Origin: Chlorokybus atmophyticus
Taxonomy: Eukaryota; Plantae; Mesostigma and Chlorokybus algae
Direction: 5' to 3'
DNA length: 49,687 nt
NCBI GenBank assembly: GCA_009103225.1
Contig: RHPI01001921.1
Location: 1 to 49,687, forward strand
Shown here piece after piece: positions 1 to 13,300 of this stretch. The notes below the pieces were generated by a model, which ran no database searches, was not told the DNA's origin, and was given only the letters and a program-made list of their open reading frames with translations. Each line of letters begins with the position of its first letter. Within the stretch, counting starts at the first letter, position 1. The position numbers were made by a program, and so were the translations under genes.

Positions 1-140
1 AACCCTAACCCTAACCCTAACCCTAACCCTAACCCTAACCCTAACCCTAACCCTAACCCTAACCCTAACCCTAACCCTAACCCACAACCCTAACCCTAAC
101 CCTAACCCTAACCCTAACCCTAACCCTAACCCCAACCCTA
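1..140. repeat. Telomeric repeat array (CCCTAA)n, i.e. TTAGGG type, left chromosome end
   Basis: Window starts with about 23 CCCTAA units. Variant units (CCCACAA near 81-87, CCCCAA near 130-135) occur only toward the inner edge, as expected at a telomere/subtelomere junction. Confidence 0.97.
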
Positions 141-972
141 GTCTTAGCTCTACCTTGGCCCCCGCCTAATTTATTGCTCTAACTGTGTGTGCTCATACTC
201 GTGTGCGTGCATGCTTGCTCTATGGTTTGCCTTGTGCATACATTTGTTTTTTCTCAGAGCGTGCTTTGCGCAGCTCTGCTGTAAGTTATGTGTGGGACTC
301 GTTTAGACTTACCGAGCCATGGTTCGCCGAAGTCATGCAATAGCCACCATTACCTCTGCCCTCATGTGAGAGACAATTTTTTATGCATAGTGAATCAAAG
401 CGTGCGTGCGTGCGTGCGTGACTGATTAGGGGATGCGTCACTCATTCAGGAGAACCACCATGTGGACCTGCACTTGGTTTGGCGCTGGCTCTAACATGCA
501 GTAGCTGTCCTCCATGATCTGCTAGTAAAGGGATGTTGTGTGTCTTGTCACATCTGACAATTGCTGCTAGTCAACAGAAGTTGACTATGCTCTAACATTT
601 GAGCTTGTGCACGCCCTATAAATGCAACTCTCGCTACCTGTGCACTTTGCTTGCGCAGTAGTCAGTATGCACATAAATTCGGTTGACACTGCGACATCTC
701 CATTGTGTGCATCTTGTGTCTCGTGTGTCACATCCGCTTCTCTCGCTATGCAGATGGTTGCCGGCAACTACGCAACGACTGATCACAGCAATATAGCACA
801 ATATATTGTCCTAGATAAGTACACCGGATGGTAGTGATGAGACAGCGAATAATGTAGAGTTTGGGGTGTTGTCTCTCCTAACTAGTTATTGACGGAGAGT
901 GATAGGCTACACTGCTGCACACGTGTGTGAGTGTGTATTGGCTTCGATCATGATCATCGTTGTTGGCATGTG

Positions 973-3376
973 TCAGCATATCAACGACAAAAGCTGGCCC
1001 ACGTCTGCTCGTCCCACCCAATGCAACTCCGAATCGGCCTGCAAGCAACACACATCTTCATATTAGCAAGCGAGATAACACGCGTGTGGATGCATGTGGA
1101 CTTTTGGACTCAACCTGTATACGAGCCACTTTGGCACTACTTACATCAGCACACAGATAGTGGTGTGCGTCGCACGAGCGCTCGAACCATGTCTCGGTGA
1201 TGGCGAACGAGTCCCACACGGGCAGACCGAGTGCGCTCATCACCGCGGAGGAGTAACTTGCTGCCTCTCGCAGCCGCTCGTTGGTGCGGTACTCCCGCGG
1301 GCCCAACAACGCGTTGCGGTAAGAGAACGCCGGCGCGGTCCGCCACACCACGAGAGGGATGCCTCGAGTGCTGTTGTTGTTCGTGTTATTGTTGACACCC
1401 GCCGCGGCCTCCGCCAACACCTGCTTCAGCACGGCCGCAATGTCACGCACGCCAAGCTTGTACTCCTCTAAACCAACGTCGCGCAGGTCCCAATGTGCTG
1501 TGTCACCCAACACAACCACGTCACGCGCGCTCAGACTCGCCAGCTGGCCAGGCAACACCTCCTACACGCAACGCCGTGTTGGTGTGCATGCTCCAACACA
1601 TAAGATAATAAACGCACATGGTGTGTACCTTGATGTAGGTGAGGAGCGTAACGCACACTTTTCGGTTGTACACGACGGGTTTTGAGCAGTCTCCTCCCTT
1701 TTTCCCACTTTTGCCCTTTTTCCCCGCTGCCGGCGTGCGCTTCATGTCGAGGTACCGACACGCCGTGTTGCCGCGCACTCTGTACGGCTGGTTGGTCCGT
1801 GCATATGCATGCCATTTGGTAAGAGTGCAAGTGTCAACATAACATGGACCTCAACTCATCAACAACATGCTTTTTTCATATATCCGAAGCACCCACGCAT
1901 GCCCATGCTCATGCACATGCACACGCAGTGACTCCCCACCTTGCGTACCTGCAACAAAAGCATCTGTGAGTGGAACTGTGTGGTTTGTCATTGGCATGCG
2001 GCACAGCTCTCTGCACACGCTGAACGCCGAGCACACAAGTTGCTGCCAATGAACAAAAAAAAAAAGCGGAACGTACACCCCATTGGAAGCCCCGAATTCG
2101 GACGAAGAAAAGGGCTGCGCGCATCGTGTGGGAGTCCCCAACAAGAACCATCTCCCTTTGCGGTAGCGTTGGTAATGGTGATGAGTCAGATATCGCTCCT
2201 TCTCCCTTGCTGCTCGAACGGATATCGGGCACGGTCAAGCACTCCCCCGCTGTCGCGTACACCCAGTCTTGCCTCTGATATCGGCATGCCCAAGGCACCC
2301 ATCTGTACTCGCTGCCCTCCGTCCTGTCCGACCTTGCCACCCATCTACCCGCCGGCGTGATAAGCTGATCACACGCAGGGAGTTCTGCTTCTTGTTGTGG
2401 TGATGATACTGGTGCCAAGGGTGGCATGTCCACCTTCAAGGCCTTGTGCGTTGCCTCCGACACGAGCACGCTGTTGTGGTCGCAAGCAACTATGAGACAT
2501 GGATACTTGCTTGTAGCCCTGATTCCAATAAGAGTTGTGCGTGCTCGTGTTGTTGCTGTTGTTGTTGTTACCTGCATATGCAGCCTTTGGAGCAGAGGGG
2601 AGGTTTGATGAAGGCGTCCTGGCTTGATGCATACGTGAGAAAGATGTCGAGTTGGTACGTGCCGGCGGTGATGGCGGGAGGGAATACTAGAGAGTAGCGA
2701 CTCTGATATGGTATATCACTACCAACGCTGTGTCCAACAACAGTAGTGTTGCTGATGTCCGCGAGCACGGTCTCGGGCCCGACGGCGCGCGCGATGAAGG
2801 AGAGCTCGTCCACGGGTATGTCGACGCTGGTGGCCTCAACAATAATCTCTACGCTGCCATCAACCTTCCTGCTGGCCAACGGGAGAATGGCCCCACGGCT
2901 GCCGTCAGTGGGGATTGTGTCATCACGTGGTAGCCAACCCGCGCGAAAGGATAGCATGGCTGGCCTCAATGCCGTTGTCTCGCCAGAAGCAACCTGCAAG
3001 GGACAAGCTATGTACATGTATTGCATTGTGCCAACGCATGCTTGATAATGCGTGTGCGCGTGTGTGTACATGCACATGTGCGTGTGCGTGTGCGCGTGCG
3101 TGTGCGTGTGTGCCAAAGCTCAGTGCCCTACGCATGAACAACATGTACCTGGGGGAGGGCGTCGAGGCCGCTGGATATGGTGGGTGGCCAGTCTTTTTCA
3201 TAAGGCGCCAATACCAGAGGCACAAATCTCAACGGCGTTTCCTCCTCGCTTGCGGCCGCACCGCATAACAACCACATGACAGCGCACAGTAGCAAGTAGC
3301 AAAGGCAACTACTGAAGCGGATTGAGCACGGTGACGCGGCGCACACGACGGGAAGACCTGTATATGTAAGCAACAT
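973..3376 (-). CDS. Multi-exon secreted or membrane SGNH-fold protein of PC-esterase/NXPE/TBL-like type (putative O-acyltransferase or esterase); start codon uncertain
   Basis: Exons join in frame at GT-AG introns, e.g. the 53-nt intron 2519-2571 gives CICR-ATSKYP. Hydrophobic N-terminus (CYLLLCAVMWLLCGAAA), Ig-like region (YQLDIFLTY), WVPWACRY, VLVGDSH (GDS motif), AHWDL, VVWRTAPAF, and SCDAHH (DxxH). Last exon 973-1038 reads ADSELHWVGRADVGQLLSLIC*. Confidence 0.75.
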
Positions 3377-6140
3377 GATGTTGGTTTGACATCAAGCAAA
3401 TTGTTGGCATACCTAATACTGATCTGACACCTCTTCTTCATCATGTATGGATCTACGGCTGGCCATGTGGATCAGGGCGACAACTCGCGAGCGAGGAGAA
3501 CAAAGGAAATGTATATATGTACACGACCAGTTGTACAAATTCACGTAGGCGTTCTGTGCTACAATGATTGTCAAACACCCACCATACCTAGCAGCTCCCA
3601 GAGCAAATCAAGGTTTGCATGTTAAAGACACGTGATGTGGCTGTGCAACAGCCAAAGCAACATTGAATAATACAGCAGCGTTGGAGCACATATTGACGCA
3701 TTTTCGGGGGTTGATTTCAATCAATCTGACACAGCAGCTCAGCTCTCGGTTATACCACTACGCTCTCCGTGCAAGAAAGCAACATCATCAATCCCTCCCA
3801 ACCTTAAGCCTGCCGTTACCTGCAGCGGCGCGGTGCGGCGGGCGTGTCATGTCCGTTACGGCGCTGTTGCGCCTCATGCTGCCACTGCTCCGCCAGCCAT
3901 GTCAGAACACATGTGTACCACCACTATCTCTGGCCCATCGGCCGCCGACGCTGACGACGACAACGGCCAGGGCGAACCAACCGCTCACGTGCGACGCGGA
4001 AGAATGAGTCAGAGTCATGTAAGAAACAAGTTCTGCCGGCACCACCTGACGGATTATGAGTCAGAGTCTGATGCTCATTGTCACCGCAGAGCATCCAGAC
4101 TATATACGTAAATGACTTGCCTTCATTGACCGCTGAGACCAAAGTGACCCAAACCTGATAACATGAGTCTTGAAGGAATGGGAGAATCTTACCATGTGAG
4201 AAATGTATCAGCATTCATACTATCTCGGTTGTTTTTATTGTGGTTGTTATTATCATTGCCGATGCTAACACTGCTAGTGTTCCTTGCTATGTGAGCACTA
4301 TCACGGAGCGCATGGTTAAAATGCAACAAGTTGTTGCATCTCAGATTGGAACTTATTCATAACCAGGATGAGGTTGCAAGGTAGTGTATTATCATGTCGT
4401 GGGTTGTTTGATGAGACGAAAATCTCGCACGTAATGCGTTTACTTTAAAGTTAAATAAGGGTTAGGATTCGTATTGCCATAATTAGCATTATCACTATCA
4501 TTATATCTTTCTCGATATAATTCAAGTGCCATCCCTATCACCATATTATTCCCTATCGCCATCTCATTGGGTATCGCCATCGAGAAGGCTATTGCTGTAA
4601 TAATCATTGTAGCTTTATCTACCGCAATTACATAACAGTTTTTATTTAAATATAAATTCATATCACTATCTCCGCTATAAATCTTCGATTGCGCGCAAGT
4701 GCGCAATGAAGATGCATCATCGATGCTTTCTAGCAAGCGCGAGATGATGAAGACTAAACATGATGTTGCATTGTTTGCGAAAAACATGACAAGTATGATG
4801 TAAAGCACAAAGATGCAAATGCGAACACCCACACACAAATGGGTGCAATTAATAGGTGTGGTTGAGATGCATGCATGGCTAACGGGGTCGGTGGTTAGTG
4901 TTGTAAGTAGTAGTGGTGGTAGTGGAGGTAGTGTTGAACAGCCCGATGGTCATATGCATAAACAAGGTGCTGGTGAGCGTGCATGGCAGAGTTGAGTTGA
5001 GTATGCGCTGCTTTAGCTACCATGTGCATGTTGCTTGAATTGCAGGCACGCTATGCATGTCGCATCTTTTATACACACAACGGCCGTGGTGCAGGTGATG
5101 CGCGTGCATGCATGCTTGTCTAACGGGGTTTGGGCTAGTAGTGAAGTTAGGTAGGTAGTAAGTAGGAAGAGCACCCGGTGGTGAATGTAAGTGTTGTGTG
5201 CTGTTGTGTGTGGTGTGCAATGCATGCCTCACATTGTGATACATGCCACAATCTCTGCATCCTATATATATTGTACACACACGCATGGTTCTTGTAGGTT
5301 GGGGTGAGGGCCCAAAGTAGGGCTAGGGTGGGGGCAGCGGAAGCGGGCAACAAGGGCAAAGCACAATCGGCATATGATGTAAAGCAAGTATATCAAAAAG
5401 TTACAATTGCTGCCACCGTTGTGGATGTCATAGGCTATGATGGTTCACCATGACATAACACAAAGGTTGCATATCCTTCAACACTTAGCAGCGGATGTTA
5501 GTAGTAGCCACATTGCTGCCAAGCAGATTTCTTTAGCAAGGTCAGACTTTAAAATGTTTTAGACAGCGAATACTACCACAAGATCACGTTATCAATGCTA
5601 CCTTGTCTTCTCTTTCTCTCTCTCAAGGTCTTCAAGGTGTACAAAACATCCAAGGCAACTTAGGCACGAAAGACTGTGATGGATGTGCTTGTTAGCAGGC
5701 ACATGTATCTCGACAGCCATAGGGGCCGAATACAAGCAGCCACACAGTCATGCACAAATGTGGGCCCTTCACTTCAAAGGGTGGTGTACCATCAGCCAAG
5801 TGACCCGTATACGGTACCTTGTTATAAATACTCCGTTCACAGGTGTTGGCTTAGCCTGTGTTTAGTAGCAACTCAACAGCCACTTGGTGGCATCGTCCTA
5901 TGTATCCTGACCAAATCTTTGGCAACTCCGAGCGCTGCTTCACAGCCTACGCAACCTTACCGACAAAACACAGAAAGATATATACAAACACAACCAGGCA
6001 TGCCTGGCGGGCTAGGGCACCAGCTTAATGCTACCTATGTGGGCACTCACTCTACAAAGCACAGAGCATACTGCAGCTCTGTAGATGCCTGCAAAACAGA
6101 TCAGTCTCTACCTGTGCACAAGAAGACAAGATGCGTCCAG

Positions 6141-7935
6141 TTAGGACGCTTGTGCCATCTCCATTGCTGTCTGCTGGCGCGCTGGTGATGAGTTGATGAA
6201 CTCAGACCCGGCGGGTGCAGAGGCTGGCAGCTGACCTGCTGATGCCATCCTGCCATAGTTTGCTTTCAACCGCTGAAGATCCTCCCGCAAAGCCTCATTC
6301 AACGCTGCCGGCCAACAGATAATGTAAGCAACACCAAACCGTGCTGCAGAGTTCTGCTCAGTGACAAGACAGATGCAGGAAGAATACATCACACAACCAA
6401 GTCAATAACCACTTGCCCTTACCATCTTTGTAGCGCGTCGCTTGTGCTATTTGCGTCAGACGCGCCTTCAACTCTTGGTTCTCAGCATCCAGTCCCATGC
6501 GCTTGTTTGTTAGGTACTGCACTTGAGGTGCAATGTTTGCCACGTCATTCTGCGCAAACCATCAGAATGTGACCAAGGGCCTCTTGAACACGAGGTGACG
6601 CAAGCCTTCCCTGCAGTACCTGCAAGGCCGCCACGCGCTTTTCCAACTCTGAAATGTATTGCAGCTTGCGCATGCGCGAGCGTTGTGCTGACTGCCGGTT
6701 TGCAAGAATGCTGCACATACAGACATGTCAATGCAAAGACACTTGCACGCGCATAATGTACGCTCACAATGTCAGCACAATTAGCATTGTGTTGGCAACT
6801 CTGGTAATGCATGTAAAAAGCATGCAGTGTACGCAAGTACCGCTGTGACCGCAGTTATGCAACCAATGCCCGTGAATTGTGCTCACCGCTTGGCACGCTT
6901 TGGGTCCAGCAAGTTGGGATCCTGTGCTTTGCCGCTGGACGTTGCTGCTGCCAACAGTGCTGGATCCGAGGCATACATGCGCGCTAAGGAACCCTCCTCG
7001 CTAGTGCTGTTGGGATCACTGCCATCAGATCCGTCACTTAGGTTTTCTTCAGGGCAGCTGGGAATGGGCACCGCATTTGCTGCAATCCCATTGGATGGTA
7101 GTATTGGCCTGCGTGCTGCTGCTGTCTTCATGGGCCGCTGCTGCTGTTGTTGTGCAGAGCTGCCTGGCGGCACGCCCAGTGCGGCCCTGTTGGGCGTTTC
7201 GGTGGGCAGGGCAATGGAGTCCAATGTGTCAACATCCATGAACATGGAAAGCAGCTGCTCGTCGTCCAGCTTGTCGTAATGCGGGTCACCTACGCCCATG
7301 CGCGAGGTTGAAGGCAGCTGGCCGACGCCTACGCCCATGCTGCCCATGCCGACTCCAACCTGTGCATGGGAAGGGCCAGGAGCATCGCCAAACTCGTCAG
7401 CAAAGGCGTCGTCAACAAAATTGTAGCTGTCACTAGCACTCCGGCGGTGACCACCACCACCTCCACTGGGTCCGGCCCGCTGGAGCGCTCCGCCCGCCCC
7501 GACAGGCACCCACATGGGCGGCTCCTGCTTCACCCTGATGTCCGGCAGGAGCACGTCAGAGGCGTCGTTCCTCCACCCGCCGCCCAGCGGCGAGGACGCG
7601 TCCATGGCGGAGGCGGACGACGACGACGCCGCCGGCACGTGCGCAGCCGCGGCCATGCCGGCGGCTGGCACTCTGCCGTGTGCCGCGGCAAGGTGGTGCT
7701 GATGGTGCTGGTGGTGGTGCGCGGAGAAGTCTACTACAGCTAGCCCCGCCCCAATCCCAACGCCGCCCCCTCCCCCAAGCGCAGTAATCTGGTCAAGGTT
7801 GAGCTCGCTGCGCACACGCCGGAACGGCAGTCCACCACTACCACCATCGGCACGTCCAAAACCTCCTCCACCTCCTCCTCCTCCACCGCCTCCAGCTCCA
7901 CCTCCTCCTGCACCGCCGCTCCCCCAGTTCATCAT
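6141..7935 (-). CDS. bZIP transcription factor, plant group E type (AtbZIP34/61-like); 4 exons reconstructed
   Basis: Exon 1 (7935-6887) ends DPKRAKR. Exon 2 (6710-6620) is ILANRQSAQRSRMRKLQYISELEKRVAALQ, exon 3 is NDVANIAPQVQYL...TRYKD, exon 4 is ALNEALREDLQRLK. The QRSRxRKLQYISELE basic region matches group E. N-terminal RRVRSE and HRRSASDS motifs are present. The 3' end is tentative. Confidence 0.92.
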
Positions 7936-10392
7936 GGCCTGCCAAACCCTAGCCCCTCCCCTCTACCCCCGGCAGCGTCACGCCTGCGTCACGCTTTTCC
8001 TCCCCCTCCTATAGGCCGACGGTCCCGCCCCGCCGCCACAGCGTCACACATGCAAGAAAAGAATGCCAGCTGCTGCTTATTGCCGCGGCTCCAGCTGGCA
8101 CGCCCGCCGTCAATGGTTTTTCGCATCGACAGGAAGTTCAATAGCTTGCGTTGGCGACGTCTATGAATTTATGAAGGTTTAGAAACGGCCACAGTCTCCC
8201 TGTAGTGACACCACGCGCGTTTTGAGCCTCATTGTCAGTGCATAGAGGGTGTCGCGTCCACGATGTACTGACATCAGTCGCTACAGCGCATCCACTATTT
8301 GCGTTGACATACGGTCGTGACTGAATTGCAATATCACACAATTAGCAAAACAATAGCTGTAAAAAGCATTCTTGAGGTATAAATAGCTCATTATTGAAAC
8401 GGTGATGCATCCTGGTGGTAGGGTGCTGTTTTACCACTGGTTGTCAATAGCGCACCTTCAATGCTCGATGCACATTCATTGCATCAAAGCGCAAGTGCAC
8501 CAAGTGCCTTTGCTGGTTCCGTATGCCTTGTGCAATCATCGATGTATGCGAGCGTCTCAGCTACACCAGCTTTCTCATTTTTACATATCAGTGGACATTA
8601 TTGCGCACCAATGCAAGGCAGTTGCCACGCATACAGTCTGTCGTCATCATCTACACGTCTTGTTGCTGAGACATTGCCATTTGATCATCAATTAACGCCA
8701 CCCTGCTGACACGGCATGCCATCAATTGCATCAGGCCTCCAGCCACCCCTTTTTGTTATAAAGTTATGTATACAATGCAAGAGGTATGCAAGTAACTAGT
8801 AGCGAACATTTCGTATCAACATATGCATGAAGCGGGCAAGAAACAAGGCACTTTAACACTACGATTGTGTACCGCGCGCGCGCACACACACACACACACA
8901 TACTTCTTATCACCCACCAGCTAATTAATGCAAGTGCGTGCAGTAGTGGAGAATGAACAATCAACTCGTACATTACAAATAGCATGGGCAAGGGTTCGAG
9001 GCAGTAGTGGAGGATGGGATGGGATGAGATAGTGTACACGGTACCAAGTACAGCGCAGCAGAACTAGCAGGGGGACAACCTGCAGGAGGAGATGGGCGTA
9101 AGTCCGGTTGGTAGGGATAGCACGTGGGAGTGTTGTGCGTAATATATGTTGCTGCCTGTTCGCTGGCTTGATTGTGGTGTGCAACTGCATCCGCATGGTT
9201 GCAAACGGCACAGCTAGTTACGTAGTGCACACGCATTGCTAAAGCCAACATGCATTATGAGACACCCCGTACACTATTGTTCTCCCCAGGTACACTTGAG
9301 AGCTGACCTTAGCCTTTGTGCCCACTGTCCATACTTGCATAGCACCTAACAACCCAGCCCCTAGATAGTTGTTAATCTGTCAGCCTTGCCTTGATATTGG
9401 GTTGGTGCTGTACTATTGCTTTATTTTGCCTGCTTGCTGTTTCAATACTGCACAGTGAGCGCCATAGCGAACAGTTGCCCGCATGGCAACTGTCTCATTG
9501 TGGCGCTCTTGGCACATGTGCGGAGTGTGGTGATGGTGGGCGCTGTGTTGTAAGCTCGCCTAGCTGATACTGATGTTGTCGCCTAGCTGATAATCATATT
9601 ATTTGATGTTGTTGATGCTTTGAGCCAACCCATGTGACAGTGCTTGGCTGTTGGATTTGTTGCTGTTTGGAATGCGGACTAGGAATGCAAGCGCGCACTG
9701 TGCTGGTTGAAGTTGCAATAGTGTTGTACCCTACACATCACGTGGACATGACCACTTTGTGTATATGCACAGACTGCAACGCCAAGTTAGCAAGTTGGTA
9801 AGTTAACAGCATGGCAGCAAGCAAGATGAGCGTAACAGTGTGTATTACTGCAACATGTAGCAGCAGCAACAGCGACAATAACAGTAGCAAGGGTTAGCCC
9901 AAACCCCTGATTGTTGAAACATGCATAGCAATCACATTGCACAGACTCACAAGCAGCCACATAGAGGTTGCAGTAGAGCAGGCACAGGTTGCAGAGACCA
10001 TTTACATGCCAATGCACATGTGTAACAACGCCACACGTTAACAACTGCCAAGGAGGGTAACGTTACCTGCAGCCACTGCTCGGATATGGCCGGAAATGTG
10101 GCGTGATTTACTTTACGAAGGGCTGCATATGGCAAATGCTGAACGGTGACTAACACTTAGGGTGGGGCACACAAAGCAATCCGCGTTAAGAAAAGGAATG
10201 TACACCCGACTAGCTACAATTCCGCAACTGTTTGAGAAACCACCACTTCAGACCTTGCAGTGTCCTGACAAGCTCGCCAAGTTTGAGCTGTGACATGAAA
10301 CTCCAACTGTGCCCTGCAAGTCGCAGTAGGGAACAGGCGCGAGGTGCGATCCAGTCAATAACTAACCTGCCTTAGTACAATCTAAACCTAGC

Positions 10393-13300
10393 CTACAATA
10401 AACCGCAAAATGCGTACGCTACAATGAAAGCAGCCACCACCACCAGTGTGTGGAAACTGGGAAGATGATGAGCTGCGCCGTTGCCTTTTGGTGATGGTGC
10501 TACAATCAAACCAGGCGTTGGCCCTGCTGCTGTGCAAACCAGCGTGCCATCAGCCTGGCGACTTTGCGTGCAGGGCACCGGGGGTGCAAACGTTATGGGT
10601 CCTCCAGCTGGAACTGGTGGGGACGCAGGCAGTGGGCTACCATCGTCCAAAACATACTGTGCCGTGACGGCGCCAGCAGCGATAACTGTGACTTGATGTA
10701 TACGTGCGCCTCCATCTGACCAATACGCAAACCTGGGGAAACATGCGTCTCAGCCAAGTGCGAGTAACACACATCTGGTGAACAACAAGCGCACTACCAC
10801 GATGAAGCCTCGGTGCGCATTCAGTTTTGCAATTGAAGTACCTGTAGTTGGTGTTGTTCAGCGTGACTGTCACTGGCGCGGCTGCTGTCAGGCTAACCCC
10901 AACAATGGCCTGACTGGGAAATGGTGCATTCTGGGATGTAGACCCTAGTGTAAGGTTCACGCCTGGCGGCGTGGAGGCCAATGTTACCTGCAGCCACCAG
11001 TTGAGTGAGCAGGGGGGGGTTTGCCTTGACATGCCTGGCAGCCTTGTCGATCTGGACAACATGCTCACATACCTGAACTGCCTTGGGATAAATAAAGACT
11101 TCTGCAGTGCTGGTCAGTCCATTCAATGCTGTTACGGTGAGAGTAATTGTGAGGTACGTAGGCATTTCATGCTCTGGTCCCACAAACGTGCCGTTGCTAA
11201 CACCCTGCACATCTACAAGTGGGTGGGTGTGACAGGAGTTCAAGCCGCTGGGGCAATGGTTGATGACGATGTTCCAGGACAGTATGTCAGTGACAGCATT
11301 TCCAGTGCCAGAATACGGGACTACTTGGCCAACAGTCCATGACTGATCCCCATTTGGAGCCAAGATCGTGGCTTCAGGTTGCTGCATTGAGAAATAGAAA
11401 CTTCAGCAAATGAGTGCAGATGGAGAAACCGACAACTAGACGAGCAGAGGACACACCTGCTCTGCAGTGCTGAAGGCATAGATGTTGTAGGTGGTGTTGC
11501 CCTGGCGCCCCAACTGGTCTGTAACGATGAGACTGACGACGAACCGCCCTGTGTTAGAATACACAAAGACTGGGCTTGCTGCGGTGGAATCTCCAAAGTT
11601 GCCATCTCCATCCAAATCCCAATCGTATGTTAGGCTACCGCCATTGGCAGCTTGTGATTTGCTACCATCAAAATATGCGGTGAGGGGTGCCAGCCCAGAG
11701 TTTGGAGTTGCAGTGATCACAGCAATGGGCTCATTTGACACGTAAACCAGCTTGAAGATCAGGTTCGTTGCAAAGTCAACAACATAGATGTTGCCATCTG
11801 GGCCTGTCTCAATTGCTGCAAGCACATGCACTTATTAGCATAGGTTGTCAACAGGGCCAGCCGAGCACTTATTAGCATAGGTTCTCACAGTGCAATGACA
11901 TGCTGCACTTACAGGCCACGCTCAGCTGATCAATAACAGTAACGATATCAGTAACGCTGGGTTGCCCACTGGAGTCAACTCGCATAGCCCAGACGCATCG
12001 CTGCGAGTAATCTCCAAACACTAGCGCACCATTGTAGTCGCTGGGGTAATTCGCATCACCCGCATAAAACGACAAGCCTGAGATAGCGCCTGAAGATGGT
12101 AAAGAGCAGCCAACAGGATTGGGCTGCTCATTGTGTGCATAGGAGTAAAATGGGGGGATATACTGGTAGCCAGTTGCGTTGTTGTACACATCATTGCACA
12201 TCTTGTAGTCAAGCGGCTGCCACAGGGGTTGAACAATGTCACCTTCATAGCATGGCCATCCGTAGTTGCGCAGCTGCCCATCTGCCAACGGCATCAAAGT
12301 CAGCCCGCAAGTGGTAACCACATCAACGCGAGCAGCAACACGTGTCTACCATGCACCATCATAACCAGCTTGCACCAACCTGTTACATCAGGAACAACAT
12401 CGATCTCCTCATACATACCCCAGCCAACATCACCAATCCAAAGCTCACTGCACCACGCAAGCAATGGTGTTAAGCACACAACATGACTAGCCAGACAAGA
12501 CATCTTGCAGTGAGGCAGTCAGCTACAGTCAAGATGTTATTAGTATCAACCAGCTACCAAACCATGAGGGCACCCAGTACACAAGTACAACCAGTAAGTA
12601 GCGTGGCATAGATTATCCCTGGCTTACTTGGTATTTGGCCGAAGAGTGACTCTGTAGGGATTGCGAAGACCGAATGCGACAACACGGCCCTCGTCACTTG
12701 ATGGACTTTGAGAATTATACAATGCGTTGCCAGGCAGACCATCGCCAGTCTCGGGATCAATTCTCAAAATGGTTCCATCATAACCCAAGGGATCGCCTGT
12801 TATCAGAGAAGTCAGAAACAGGCAAAGGATGCCCTCATGCCATGTGCTAGGGATGAATGCGTTACCTGAAGTCAGTATGTCCTGTGCTCGCAGTGAGCCA
12901 CCCTCGCCTCCAGGTGGACCAATACTCACTGTGCCAGGTGGGTCCTTGCATGGATTCGTGTAGCCAGCTGGCCCAACCTGCAGGTTATTGATGCGCAATT
13001 AACACATGCACAATGTGATACAGCCTCCCAACACCATTCATACCATGCCATCATCCAGATTCCACCAGGATGATCCTTCACCGGCAGAAACATACAGTGC
13101 CGAACCATCCTCTCCAAAAATCAGGGAGCCCATGCTGTGTGATTGCCACTCAAAGCACCAATGGTTGTCCAGCATGATTTCTTCCTGAGATGCCGTGTCA
13201 CCCACAACCTGCAATATAGTCACTGTGACTATGTGACAACACTTGAGCAGCATACACGACGAAAGCATTCTTGCAGACAGTACGACAGTCAAACTAGCAC

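Noticed and set aside
4440-4838. 132-aa minus-strand ORF as a real gene
   Set aside because: It is low-complexity and AT-rich, with no motif and a codon style unlike neighbouring genes.
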